A stretch of DNA of 63,413 nucleotides, filler included, from Collodictyon triciliatum (lineage: Eukaryota), in the NCBI GenBank assembly GCA_043381765.1. It is 7 parts of 7 records of this genome, joined end to end, with 100 filler letters (N's around TTAATTAATTAA, not from the genome) between each part and the next. Parts side by side here need not be neighbours in the genome. Positions count along the whole stretch, not along the records: positions 1 to 10,073 come from JBHJMP010002805.1; positions 10,174 to 20,233 come from JBHJMP010002806.1; positions 20,334 to 30,385 come from JBHJMP010002807.1; 4 more parts are not named here. One strand, written 5' to 3'. Within the stretch, counting starts at the first letter, position 1; every line of letters starts with the position of its first letter. The notes under the pieces were generated by a model. The model was not told the origin of the DNA. It saw only the letters and a program-made list of their open reading frames with translations, and made no database searches. Below, piece by piece: positions 1-23,300 of this stretch. Made by a program: the position numbers and the translations under genes.

Positions 1-57
1 AGATCTTTTTCTTTTCATTTTTTTCCCTTTTTTTTCCCTTTTTTTTTCCTTTTTTTT

Positions 58-109
<52 letters not shown>

Positions 110-378
110 TTAATTCGATGCGACTGCACTTGATCGTGATTGTCTCGCTCTATCTGAGCCTACAAACATATGTCTTAGACACAGCAGGAGCATATCCGAC
201 AGAGGGTTGAGAGAGAGAGAGAGATAGAAAGAAAGAAAGACAAAGGAAAGCATCAACAAGAAGAGGAAGCAGAAAACACATCGCCAGGAACAGAGTCGAG
301 TCCTTGACCTACTCTCAGGTTTGGTGAAGAGGAGGTCTAGAGGGCAATCCCCAGTCGGAGCTGCTTCCAGTGTGCAAT

Positions 379-9940
<9,562 letters not shown>

Positions 9941-9980
9941 GTATTGGAAATAGATTTTAATGCCTATTTAGATAACATCC

Positions 9981-10073
<93 letters not shown>

Positions 10074-10173
10074 NNNNNNNNNNNNNNNNNNNNNNNNNNN
10101 NNNNNNNNNNNNNNNNNTTAATTAATTAANNNNNNNNNNNNNNNNNNNNNNNNNNNNNNNNNNNNNNNNNNNN
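10074..10173. other. Artificial contig spacer (N44-TTAATTAATTAA-N44)
   Basis: 100-nt spacer carrying stop codons in all six frames. Confidence 0.99.
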
Positions 10174-10523
10174 TGGTTCTGGGGCAGTTTGTGCTTACCT
10201 CGAAGGCGGACGTAGCAGCCGGCTCCGTACAGGTTCTGCTCCTGGGCTCTCTTTGATCGGCGGATCGGTGTGTGGCCGAGTAGCCTTGGTCGAGTTGTGT
10301 ACTCGATTCTCTTGCGTTCGAGTGTGTTTGTCTCAGGCTTGCGCTTTCCAGCTTCACCCAAGAAACCAGAAAAATAAGGGGCCAAGTTACACAGTAATAC
10401 GAAAATATAGGCAAAAGTAGGGGCGCGGTTGCTTGTTTCTCGCGTTTTGTCTTTTTCTTGCTTTCAACGCCCACTGCACTCTTTATTCCACTTCCCCATA
10501 GTACCATGACGCCTCAACACGGG

Positions 10524-11489
10524 TCAGGGATTCGGGGCATAGTAGCTCTGGCTGGGGTTTGGATAATGGCGATGCTGCACGGACCCAGCAGCAAACGGGT
10601 CGTGGATTCGAGAGAAGGGCTGGGACGAGTGCTGAGTTTGCGCGTCGCCAAACGCCTCGGACGCACCATAGTTGTGGGACGTGAGCATGTGGGGAGTTTG
10701 CGGATGCTGTGATGATGAAGGCATCTGCGGCTGTGGAAAGGCATTCCCCCATTGATGGGATGCCTGGAAAGCCTGGCTCTGATATTGCGTCGCTTGGGCA
10801 TAGTCTGACAAGCCTTGTGAATGAGGTTTATCGTATTGCGACAGCGAATACTGCTGCAACGATGGCTGGGGACTAAGGGAGGATGGCGATTGCGCATACC
10901 CATTTTGCTGCTGAGTCGAGTGTAACGACTGCGAGTAGGGCGCGGCTGCCGCAGAGTACATCTGCAGACACGACTGGTCCGACCCGGAAATTGGCGCTTC
11001 GCAGCCGGCAAGGGCCTTTTTGCGCAGGAGCCTCAGCTGGTCCTTTGTCACGCCGTCGCTTTGCTCGCGGGGCTCGGTTTGCTTGGCTGCGTCCAGCATC
11101 TTGAGACGATGGATGGTTTCGGCCGTGACAACCTCCGAGACGGGGTCGGCCTCTTTGTCTCTGTCTTTGTCTTTGTCTTTGTCGTTTTCTGTGGGCTTCG
11201 CAGAGACTGCCTTCTTTTTGCGATCGACAGCCGCCAGAATCGCCGCTTTGTTGATGTTGCCCGAGTCGGCTGACTCTGACTCACGCGCAGGCGCAGATCG
11301 ATCAAAGAGCGGCTGCGGCGAAACCTCCGCTGTGGCAGAGACTCTGCTTGCGTGGCCTTTGCTGCTTCGGCCGTGGCCGCCTGGATCTGTCTTGTATGTT
11401 GCAGCCTCGGGCTTCTTGTGACGCGAGCGGAGCGTTCTGATATCGCTGCCTGTGATGCGGTTGGAGTCGGAGTCTTCCGTGCTTGTCAT
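10524..11489 (-). CDS. Intronless low-complexity protein of unknown function (about 320 aa; charged N-half, Q/S/P/Y-rich C-half)
   Basis: Long open frame in a relatively GC-rich segment. First in-frame ATG is MTSTEDSDSNR at 11489. No recognisable domain. Confidence 0.6.
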   Translation of the reverse strand: MTSTEDSDSNRITGSDIRTLRSRHKKPEAATYKTDPGGHGRSSKGHASRVSATAEVSPQPLFDRSAPARESESADSGNINKAAILAAVDRKKKAVSAKPTENDKDKDKDRDKEADPVSEVVTAETIHRLKMLDAAKQTEPREQSDGVTKDQLRLLRKKALAGCEAPISGSDQSCLQMYSAAAAPYSQSLHSTQQQNGYAQSPSSLSPQPSLQQYSLSQYDKPHSQGLSDYAQATQYQSQAFQASHQWGNAFPQPQMPSSSQHPQTPHMLTSHNYGASEAFGDAQTQHSSQPFSRIHDPFAAGSVQHRHYPNPSQSYYAPNP

Positions 11490-12018
11490 GTGTATGGGTG
11501 CCTTCCTGCCTGTTCGTCCCTGCTTATGCCTCTGTTTTTGCTTCCTTTGTGTTTCATCAGAGGAGCCAAACTCATTGCATGGAGAAACTTGCAGGCAATC
11601 CCTGTTGACATGGACTGTGGGTGGAAATGTTGACACGCCAATTGTGGACGAGGGTAGTGGCTTCTTTCTTCTTTTTCATATGGCATCCGAGCGATAACGA
11701 GGACTTTTTTTTTTATTTTATTTATTTATTCTGAATGCAAGCAGCGAGCGCAGGTATCTTGTTGGTCCCCATCGGATGTGAAGTGAGGGGAGGAATAGAG
11801 TAATCTAAAGATCATGTGTGATGGGCTGCAGGCGCGTAGTTGACTGGCCTGAATGTAGAAATTAGACAAAAACAAAAACATGTAATGAAGCCAGAGGCGG
11901 TTTTCATTACCAGAGATTCGCGATGCGTAATTATCTTTTTTTATTTTTTTTTAAAAAAAAAAGAAAAAAAAAGGAATATGGGAGAAATATATCAATTCAT
12001 GCTTACAACTGAGGATAT

Positions 12019-13541
12019 TTATGTCATGGTCTTCAAAAATTCTTGGGCGACAATACGACCACGCTGGTTGACAGAGAGCTTCATCTCAGAGATTTCCTTG
12101 TCGATGTCCTCCACGAATTGGACAACAAAGTCCACGAGCTTATGCTTGTACATGGTTTCCGTATGGAAGTTTGTGATAAGGAAGCTCACGTCGTATTGCT
12201 ATAGTGGGCATGATCAGATATAGACACACAAAACACACAAATCACACACACAAATCACACACAGAAAAGGGTCTTTGTAATCGCGGAAGGTTAATAAGGC
12301 AATTTTATTTTTCAAAATAGATACATAATATAATACGTATAAAGGAATAGGGAAAGGGGAGGGTGAAAGAGAAAAGTACTTCATCCTGATATTTAACGGC
12401 TTTTCGGCGGAGAATCACAAAGTTTTCCGCTCGCTGCATCAGGAAGCGGGTGAACCTCTTGACCAACATCTTTTCGATTTCGTCAGATTGCTAAAACAGC
12501 AAGAGTTAATTATATAGTGTTGATGGAAGTTTTCACTGCTTGTTTATAAAATTTTTAGAAAAGGATATGAAGCCTAATAAAAAGTAGAATAAATATGAGG
12601 GCGAGGTTCTTTGTATAGGCTTAGTTTTACCTTTGTTTTTTTTTTTTTTTTATGAAATAAGAGGTAAAGAATAAGCAGATCATTCACATAAATTAAAATA
12701 TAAATCCATATATCTGCAACGAGCGGGTGCAAATGGGAGAGAGTCATACGTTTCATGCATTTATATCTCGAAGCAATACACACAAATAGACACGCCTCGG
12801 CTTGGATTTAATCAATGCGTATAGTAAAGAAAAAATCAGTCGACAGATAAGTACCTTGATCTTGATGGAGACACGAACAGAGTTGATGGACGCTTCGATG
12901 AGACACTTTTCTTGCTCATTGCGGGAGATGACCAGTGGTGCCAACACGACTTCGGGGGTTGCTCTAGATGAATCAGGCCTCCTCAGAGGGTCTTTCATAG
13001 GAAAAAGAAAAAGGGGGGAAAAGGGGGAAAAGGGGGAAAAAAGAGGAAAAAAGAGGAAAAAAGAGGAAAAAAGAGGAAAAAAGAGGGAAAAAAGAGGGAA
13101 AAAAGAGGAAAAAGAAAAGAAAAAGGGAACGGTTGATTCTCAAAAGAATGGATTCTGACTGAGCTTCGACTTCCGGCTTGTTGTGGCGCTCGACAACCTG
13201 AGAGCCAAAGTTTTCCAAGCACATGGCAGCTGTCAGTGTGGAGCGGATGGCATTAAGATAGGGGCGGAGTGCGTTTGCCTGTTCCATAAACAAGATGGTC
13301 AAAACGCCACGATCACAGAGTGAAACAGTTACAGGGAGGAAAAAAAAAGAGACAAGACAAAACAAGAAACGGCAATAATATAGAGATGTCAATAAGCAAG
13401 TCACAATTATCCCTTCCAGCAAGTGAGGAGAAATAAAGTGATCATAGCGCAAAGTGGTGCGGCTCTAGCTGGGCTTGGACTTAAAGACTTCTTGAGAGGG
13501 TCAAAATAGTTCCCGTTTCTAAAGAATTCAAGTCTTACCAT
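12019..13541 (-). CDS. ARPC4: Arp2/3 complex subunit 4 (p20-Arc), 5 coding exons
   Basis: [39 protein letters not shown]...[56 protein letters not shown]...[23 protein letters not shown]...[30 protein letters not shown] introns; the first coding exon is the ATG alone. Confidence 0.97.
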
Positions 13542-14206
13542 CTCAGCGTTGTGTGCGTCTGCTTGTTTGGGTGGAGAGACAATCGGAGGTACAGGGTTAG
13601 TATGGAGCAGCTATCGGCTATGTATGAACACGAACAACGAGATGGGGTTGGAGAGGGTTCGATCCCCGCAATGTTGGGTGCTTAAGCGGCCTACTGCCAC
13701 AGTTCGAGGCTGCGCTTCCCAGTTGCGCTCGTTCGACAAATGACCTAGACTACCGCGCAGCAAGGCTCGCCCGCCCTCTGATTCATCTCCCACAAGCGCG
13801 ATTCATCTCCGCTTTGCTTGATCGAGTTTGACAGAGGTGGCAACAAACAACTTTTGTACAAAGATGGAAGGAATGGAATGCCATCTCAAACCGTGTGTGG
13901 ATGAGAATTATACAATGCGGCAATAACTATATCGTGTAATTTATTCCGTACATTTTTTTGAGAACTCTGCGATTTTCTAAGGTTGTTCTCCGACTCTTCT
14001 CGTTTCAGCATAGGTGAAGAAGCCTTGAATGGAATATAGGAAAAATAAAAATAAAAAATAAAACCAACTTGTGCGACGAAAGCTGTCTGAGTGGCAAGCA
14101 GGTCATTGCCAAACAGAATGACATGCAGGAAGGGACGAGTCATAGAGACCAGGCAAAACTAAGACTTTTCTTACACACATGTCTAGAGCGAAGAAGAGGC
14201 AAGGTG

Positions 14207-15670
<1,464 letters not shown>

Positions 15671-16089
15671 GTCATCACCTCAGATAAAAACTTTAATAAA
15701 CGATTGAATCATCGAAAGATTCTCACGAATTGTTCCAACTTTCACTCATTTGAATATCTCTGTCGGAATCGAAGTTTGTTTGTTTGTTTGTTTGTTTGTT
15801 TGTTTGTTTGTTTGTTTGTTTGTTTGTTTGTTTGTTTGTTTGTTTGTCAAACAAGGACAATGACATACTCAAAATATATAAATTGATATAATCGGCGGAA
15901 ATGTAATCACAAAGGAAGATAAAGAAAAAAACCACTGGACGAAATATAAGGGAAATGAAAATAAAAAAATGGAGAGGTTCATACGTCAAATCAACTTGTT
16001 TCATTACTCCGCCAGATGCACCCTTCTTTTCCCAAAAAAATCATTTATTAAGATGATTGATGTGTCGCGGTAAGCATCATCAATGGACC

Positions 16090-19000
16090 CTATACGCACG
16101 GACATAGCCTCTGAGTCGAGCGGTGTCTGGCAGGACAACTCGGTATTGCATCTTAATGACGAAAGAAACCATATGAAAAAACAAGTGAAAGAACACAAAA
16201 CTCACAATCAAAGGTACAATACATATAATTTCTTTTATAATAGCAATTTATTTATTCAATTTATTCGATTCAAAGTTCTAATAGCAATTTAAATGGGTTT
16301 AAAATGTATAATAATGATAATGTTATTGAATATAGCTCAAAATTACAAACCTGTCACCAAGCAAACTCCAAAATTATCGTGATTTTTGTCAAAAACATAG
16401 TTTGGAATATCCTTGCCCATCTCAAAACCACACCCTTCATTAAGAAAACGACAATAAAAAAAAAACATATTAATTATTCGGCACGGTTATGCAAGAGTTT
16501 GCAGGAGTTTTATTTAAATAAATTAACATACTTAATGTTCACAATTTTTGGTTAAGTTTGTTTCTGGGATATTGATGCATTTGTCTTGTGGTTTGGGCAG
16601 AATTTAAAGTATAAATTGCAATAAAGTATACCCTTTGGACACTCAAAATGTTTTAATAGCACCTCACAATCATTTATGAAATCGAACAGCGAATCGGAGC
16701 ATGACTTGTTCATATCATTACACCTTAAGAAAAAAAATGAACAATGAGAGTGGAACTAGCAATAACTGTATTATTGAAGGAAGGAAGATTATAAAGGGTT
16801 CATCCCAACTTGAATGGATAAGAAGTATGTTTCTTAAATAGACTAGATAAAATTGTTTTTAAATACAAACCAAAAAATAACAATAACAATTACAATAAGA
16901 AAATTTACGTTTTATCACAATTTTCATTCGGCTGAGCTGTAACAACAGTCATAGTGCCTGGTGGTTTGATAGCTAATTTGGGTGGAATATAGGGGGACCT
17001 CCGTTGATCGATCAAATATAAAACATTCGCTACGAGCAGCGTTAATTACTTTTTTAATAGCACTTTACACATAAATACTTCAAATGATTCATATCACCTG
17101 AAAGATGAGATAATTATTATTCTCTTTTGTCGCTAGCACTTGTATTTTATTATTTTATTATTAAAAAAAAGTAAAAATAAGTAAAGATGTTTTTCTCTTT
17201 TTAAAAAACTTGTAAAGCCAATAATAAGATAATAATATCTACTTCTCCATTTTATGATGGAAACAAATCGGTGATGTGGACGTGGTATATCCCAAATACC
17301 AAGCTTTGCTATATTTTAATTTGGGCGATTATTAAGTTCATATCGCACAACAACAGCAACAACAGCAACAACAACATCATCATATTAAAACGTTTTCCCC
17401 TTATATTAGAGTAATTTTACGAACATGCTAAACTCTTGAACTCTTCGCGGACATATGGAATAACAATCTGTATGAATAATTTGCGCTTCAAAAAACTTGT
17501 TCAATAATCATGGAAAGTCGATTATTATAGAGAAAAAGTGTCAATAATTATTATGATGATGAAACCTTTTCATTGGCAGGAGGGGAATGCAAGATAGAAG
17601 AATCATGGACTTTTGACGAGTTAATTTCCCTTTTGATTTTTTCTTCGTATTCCTTAAAACCAAAGTTAAAATCAATTGGCAATGCCGAGTGATATTATTG
17701 TTACATGATTCAGATAATATAAACTCAAAAATGGAATAAACACTTTATCCAATAGATATGATATATCCCCAAGGTCGACGATTTTGTCATTGTGTTTTAT
17801 ATTGGAGAGAAATTTTTGGTAGGCCACGTCATTTATATCTAATAATTATCAACACTCGAGGATTAGCCCGAATATTATGTTTGTCCATAAACAATAGGAA
17901 ATAATTAAAAATTTTTGTCAGGATGTCATACTTGCCCCAACCTCGCCAATATTATAATTGCGAGGTATTTCTGGAACTATACACTCCCGGTTCTTATGTT
18001 GTGGATAAAGTCGCATCCAGTGGTCCCAGTGGTCTTGGGGCCAATTATTTTTCAACTGGATGATGAGTAAATACCATGTAAAATCATGGCATCTTCGATT
18101 ATTTAAGATAAGATAATCAAACAACAGTAAAATATACTTCGTCCCATATGCCTTTCTTTAACATCCACCCCAGGCCCGGAAAATACGATGTCCTCATCAG
18201 GGCGCGGCTATCAGAAACCTAAAGTGAGCCAAAGAAAAGTAATGATTTTGGAGTTAATATATTGACTAAATTTGTGGATGCAAATGATAACAATCAAAAT
18301 GATGATAGTAATGATAATAATAATGATAATAATAATGATAATAATAATGATAATAATAATGATAATAATAATGATAATAATAATGATAATAATAATGATA
18401 ATAATAATGATAATAATAATGATGATAATGATGATGATGATAATAATAATAATAATAATCACGAAAATCATGACAACCGTAACTATAATGTCAGAACAAA
18501 CCAATCCATTGAATCCATTATCATTCCAAGAGGAGATACACCAAATCGTTTGGTCCTCATCCATTATCCATGATGTTTGCTCAAAATAAAGAATAAAGTC
18601 TGGAGAAAAGATCATGTCTGTAGATGTACAATAATTTAGGGTACTAATTTAAAACTATAAATGAACATAAAAAAATATTTAACATCCATATGAAATCACA
18701 AGAGCTGTAATATGATATAAAAAAAAACCCTCTTCGACGACGATGACCCGGTCGAATCTCTTAACATCAAAAGCATTGGCAAAAACCTCTCTAATTCGTA
18801 TGATCACTAGGGTGAGTACATAGAACTAACAACAGGAGATTCGATTCATTTCAAAATTGAAATAAATCATGTCTTCTAAAATACTATCTGATTTAATCCT
18901 CACCTATAGTGATTCGCCACAAATTTAGTAGGAGAGTGAACCTGACCTGGCTGGAAATGTTGAATTAATTCCACCTTAAAGGAACGGGCGACATTCGCAG

Positions 19001-19854
19001 TTTCCTCATGGAATCCGTCTTGAGACACGATAATATCGTAGTCTGATGCACCAACTAACTATCAGGCACCACAAATATTAGAAATAATACATTGTTATAT
19101 TGTCTCTTTTTTTTTTTTTAATCCATCATCAATATGAAATCAAATTCATAAAGTTGATTGAAAAGGGAATGTGTCTGTCGATTTTGAATTACAATTTGCT
19201 ATATATTCACATTTCAGATGGTCATATATGCAGTCAAGGAGCGGCCTTACAGAATCTAAGAAAAATATATACAAATTTGATACCTTTGTGAGGGAATCCA
19301 GAGTCCTGCGTAAGTAATTTGGTCTTTTACAGGCGATCACGTAAATGCCCAATCTTTCAAGTATATTCCTCTTAACCACGGCATTCGTCCCAATACGTTC
19401 TGATATGAGTTTTGTCTCTTTGGTGACAATATTCTTCTTCGCGACTTCGTTTTGATTTTGATTCAACTAATTTTACATTAATGTGAGTGAGTGAGCGAGC
19501 GAGTTAGTGTGATATCCCATGAAAAGTAGTTCGAGTGAGAATAATATGCATATCCAGTACAGACACAAAGAGCTTCTGCTAACGCCACTATACTGGTATT
19601 GTGAGAGTAGACTTAAACAGAAGCAGTACTATTAAAAAAAAAACCTCTTTTTTTGGGCTTGAACGCTCCCGACTATATGTATCGAACGGCTTCTCTCTGA
19701 CAATATTGGGTGGTACAGGAAGCTGCCCAACTGCAAACCCGTCAAACTCCACGTTCGTTTCGGAAGAAGTAAGGACGTGAATAGAGTGCGCAAAAAAGAA
19801 AATCGCATAAAGAAACATTACCGCTACAATGATATGGACTTGCTTAAGCCCCAT
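16090..19854 (-). CDS. GT13 family beta-1,2-N-acetylglucosaminyltransferase (GnT-I/POMGNT1-like), type II membrane protein with Cys-rich C-terminal domain
   Basis: N-terminal TM anchor. Motifs VIACKRPNYLRRTLDSL, IIVSQDG, VANHY, VVEEDMIFSPDF, IWCISSWNDNG, RTSYFPGLGWML, WDHWMR and RECIVPEIPRNYNIGEVG. Last exon ends SCPARHRSTQRLCPCV*. Confidence 0.9.
18310..18459. repeat. (AATAATAATGAT)n-like compound microsatellite in GT13 intron
   Basis: Tandem 12-mer built from AAT and GAT units. Confidence 0.9.
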
Positions 19855-20178
19855 CTTTTAGGTTGTTTTGCGCAAGCCCCTTGTAAGAGAGAACAGAATG
19901 TCAGTCCGGGGACTGTGGAAATCAATCTCTAACAAAGTTCGTTTATAATTCAGTGCCCTCAAATAAAAATGCTGGAACAAAGATGTATAGTTTGGTGGGC
20001 AAAGAACAAAGTTTTTTTGCTTGTTTTTCTTCATTGTTTTTTTACGCTTCCTGTTTTTGTGTTAGTCAGCTTTTCTGATTCAAAATTATGCTTCCTCCTT
20101 TTGTTTCCATAGCTTTAATCATTGTTGGTTTGTAGTTTTTCTTTTTTTTGTATATGGTTTTCTTTTCTTTTCTTTCTC

Positions 20179-20233
<55 letters not shown>

Positions 20234-20333
20234 NNNNNNNNNNNNNNNNNNNNNNNNNNNNNNNNNNNNNNNNNNNNTTAATTAATTAANNNNNNNNNNN
20301 NNNNNNNNNNNNNNNNNNNNNNNNNNNNNNNNN
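20234..20333. other. Artificial contig spacer
   Basis: N44-TTAATTAATTAA-N44. Confidence 0.99.
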
Positions 20334-20335
20334 CT

Positions 20336-23300
20336 GAAAAGTTCCCACCTCTAGTCGCGGTCAATGGGTCTTTCACAGGACCTGTGTACCAGTCTACTGA
20401 CCAGACTCTCAACTCCATAATGTCCTTGAGTGATGAGCGCTCCGTCATCGGAAGAAGTATCACAATCAGCATGGAGACCCCTGGCGACTCAAGCGGTCCT
20501 GCACCTGTGTTGGCTCAATGTGTCGTGGGGCTGGCAGACTCGTTTTCTTTCGATGCCACAGAGGTCGCTCAAAGTCTACCAAACTTGAGGATTGGACAAC
20601 CTGACTCCACAGCCACCGAAGCTGTCGCATCCATGCACCCAACATATTTCTTCCCTTCTGTGGAAGGCCAAATCTGGTTCCGCTCCCGAAATATCACGGG
20701 CAAGCACAGTAGTCGCACACGGAGAGCGAGTGGTTCTTTCCCTGTGGAAGTGGAGCTGGCGTTGCTGGGAAATCCACTGACCAACTATACAATCCGCATA
20801 TACAGCCACGGGTCTATTCGGACGCGCGTGGCGAGCAACTTTGGGGAAAACAACCTACTCTACACAGTGATGTCCATGGGCAGAGACTCCAAAGGAAACG
20901 TGACATTTGACTATAGGTTCTTGTCAGACAAGGATGGGATAATCAGAGTCACGTCATTTCCACTCACGGACTCTCTTGGGCAGATTGTCAGTTTAACGAG
21001 TCTACTGGGGAAGGCGGTTCTTGTGCAACCAGTTTATGAAGATGCGGTTTTGAATGCAAACGGATTCGGGGTGATAGGAATCGCCGAAAAGAAATCTTTC
21101 CCAGCACCAAATCCCCCACCAGTAATTAATTACGAGTCAGGTTCGTCTGAGGACAACACACCACTCGCTGCTGGACTCGGAGCAGCTGCCGGTGTTGCTG
21201 TGATTATCACTGTTGTGCTTGGAATTAGATATCACAAGAAAAATCAAGTCATGGCAATGAAAGAAAAACAACTGCTCATGTTGATTAACATTGGAGACAT
21301 GGAATTTGGAAAGCTCCTGGGGAAAGGTGGATTTGGGGAGGTGAGTGTTTCATAATTTTTTTAACCCAAATGTCGTCAAGGTTACATTCAGTTTTCTTCT
21401 CTCACTCCTCATATCATTGATTTATTGATTTATTTCTCTATTTATTTAATCATATAATAATTTAGCAATCTATTAATTGGGACTGAAAATAACAAATCGA
21501 AATATTTACATATTTAAATATTCTTTCTGAATTTTGACCCATATAAAACTTTAGGTTTTCTCAGGAAAATGGAGAGGAACTGATGTAGCTATAAAAAAAA
21601 TCGTGGCACCTAATCTTACTAAAGAAATTCTCAAGGAGTTTGAATCTGAAATAGGGATTATGATGTTTGAGTTTTTTTTTTGAACCTGATGTATCTATTT
21701 TGGTCTATGTTTTCTCTTTTTAAGGCCTTATTTCTACGCAAAATTCAGTTGATAGAAACCCTTCGTTTCTTCAAGACAGCTCTATTTATTTACTTGATTT
21801 GAAATGCTCATTGTAACACTCACAGGGAATTGAGACATCCCAACATTGTTTTATATATGGCAGCCTGCATCGAACCAAAGAATCTGTGTATTGTCTCAGA
21901 ACTAATGACGCGGGGCAGTTTGTACAACGTAAGTGAATTCGAGTTGATTCGGATTTGAATTGGTTTGAATACTTTCCCTCAGACTTAATCCTCTTTATTT
22001 TTATTAAAATCGCTCTTCAGGTTCTGCATGACAACTTTATCGAAATGGAAATCCCTTTAAAAATATCGATACTTGCTGATGCGGCCAAAGGTTCTGCATA
22101 ACCGAACACAACCAATCCTTACATAGAAATTGACATTATATAAACTCATAGTATCGTCGGGGATTTCTGAGATAGATTTTTCTTATCTTTATTAGGCCTT
22201 CAATATTTGCATTCTTCTAATCCGCCTATTCTCCACAGAGATTTGAAAAGTCCCAACTTATTGGTACTAAAACTATCTGAATTCTATTTACCGATACATA
22301 ATTTGATATATATAAATGAAATATGGTTATTCATGGGCACTTCTCTTTTCCTTTTCGAAATCGTCCATCTCTTGTTTTTATTCTTCTATTTGTTTTTACA
22401 CGATCGTCATTTTTTTTGATTATCTAAACCACTTGCCTAGTTGGACGAAAAATGGAATTGCAAAATCAGGCATGTTGATAACTGATGATTATATTTTACA
22501 ATATTTTGGCTTTATGAAAAATCCGTTTCTGTTCTTACGAGCCTCTGAATTTCCCCCCTTTTTATTTTTTCAATTTTTAGCGATTTCGGCCTCACCGGAA
22601 TTCACAAGACAAGAGGAGAAAATGAGTTACCACCAGGTACACTGCTCTGGATGGCTCCTGAAGTGATTCAAGGACTAGATTATAAAAGCCCTGCAGATAT
22701 TTATAGTTTTGCAATAATCATGTGGGAAACTTTCACTAGACAAGAACCTTTCGAGGTAAAAAAAATCATGAGATTGTGTATTGACTGATTATCTCCGTCA
22801 ATAAATATTTATTACAATCTTCAACAGGGTGAGAGAGCTGAAACTGTTGCATTCCGCGTTTTAAACCAAACCCATCGTCCTACATTACCCAGTGCGGATG
22901 TCATGCCAATAAACCTGAAGAGTCTGATGCAAGAATGCTGGGAACAAGACCAGAACGCACGGCCTAAAATTTCAAAAATTTCCTTTCAACTGTCCGATGA
23001 AAGAGTCGAAAAAGTTTGGTCAGAGTCTATTTCTTACAAAGATTCTTTAAAAAAAGCGAAGCTAAAAACAAGAAAAGATGACGCACCGAGAGGAAAACTA
23101 GCTTTGATATTTACCGACGTGCAAGGGTCAACATCGTTATGGGAGCATTTCCCTGATGAGATGAGCGAAGCTCTCGCCACACATAACGATATAATAAGAG
23201 GGTTACTGATAAGAAACAAGGTATCAGAGGAAATTTCTTTTGTTGCATTATGTGAAACTATTTTTATTTTTAGGTTTACAATTCACAAACCATAAAAAAC

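Noticed and set aside
10118-10129. TTAATTAATTAA recurring about every 10 kb
   Set aside because: It always sits inside N44 flanks, so it is an assembly concatenation linker and not a biological repeat.
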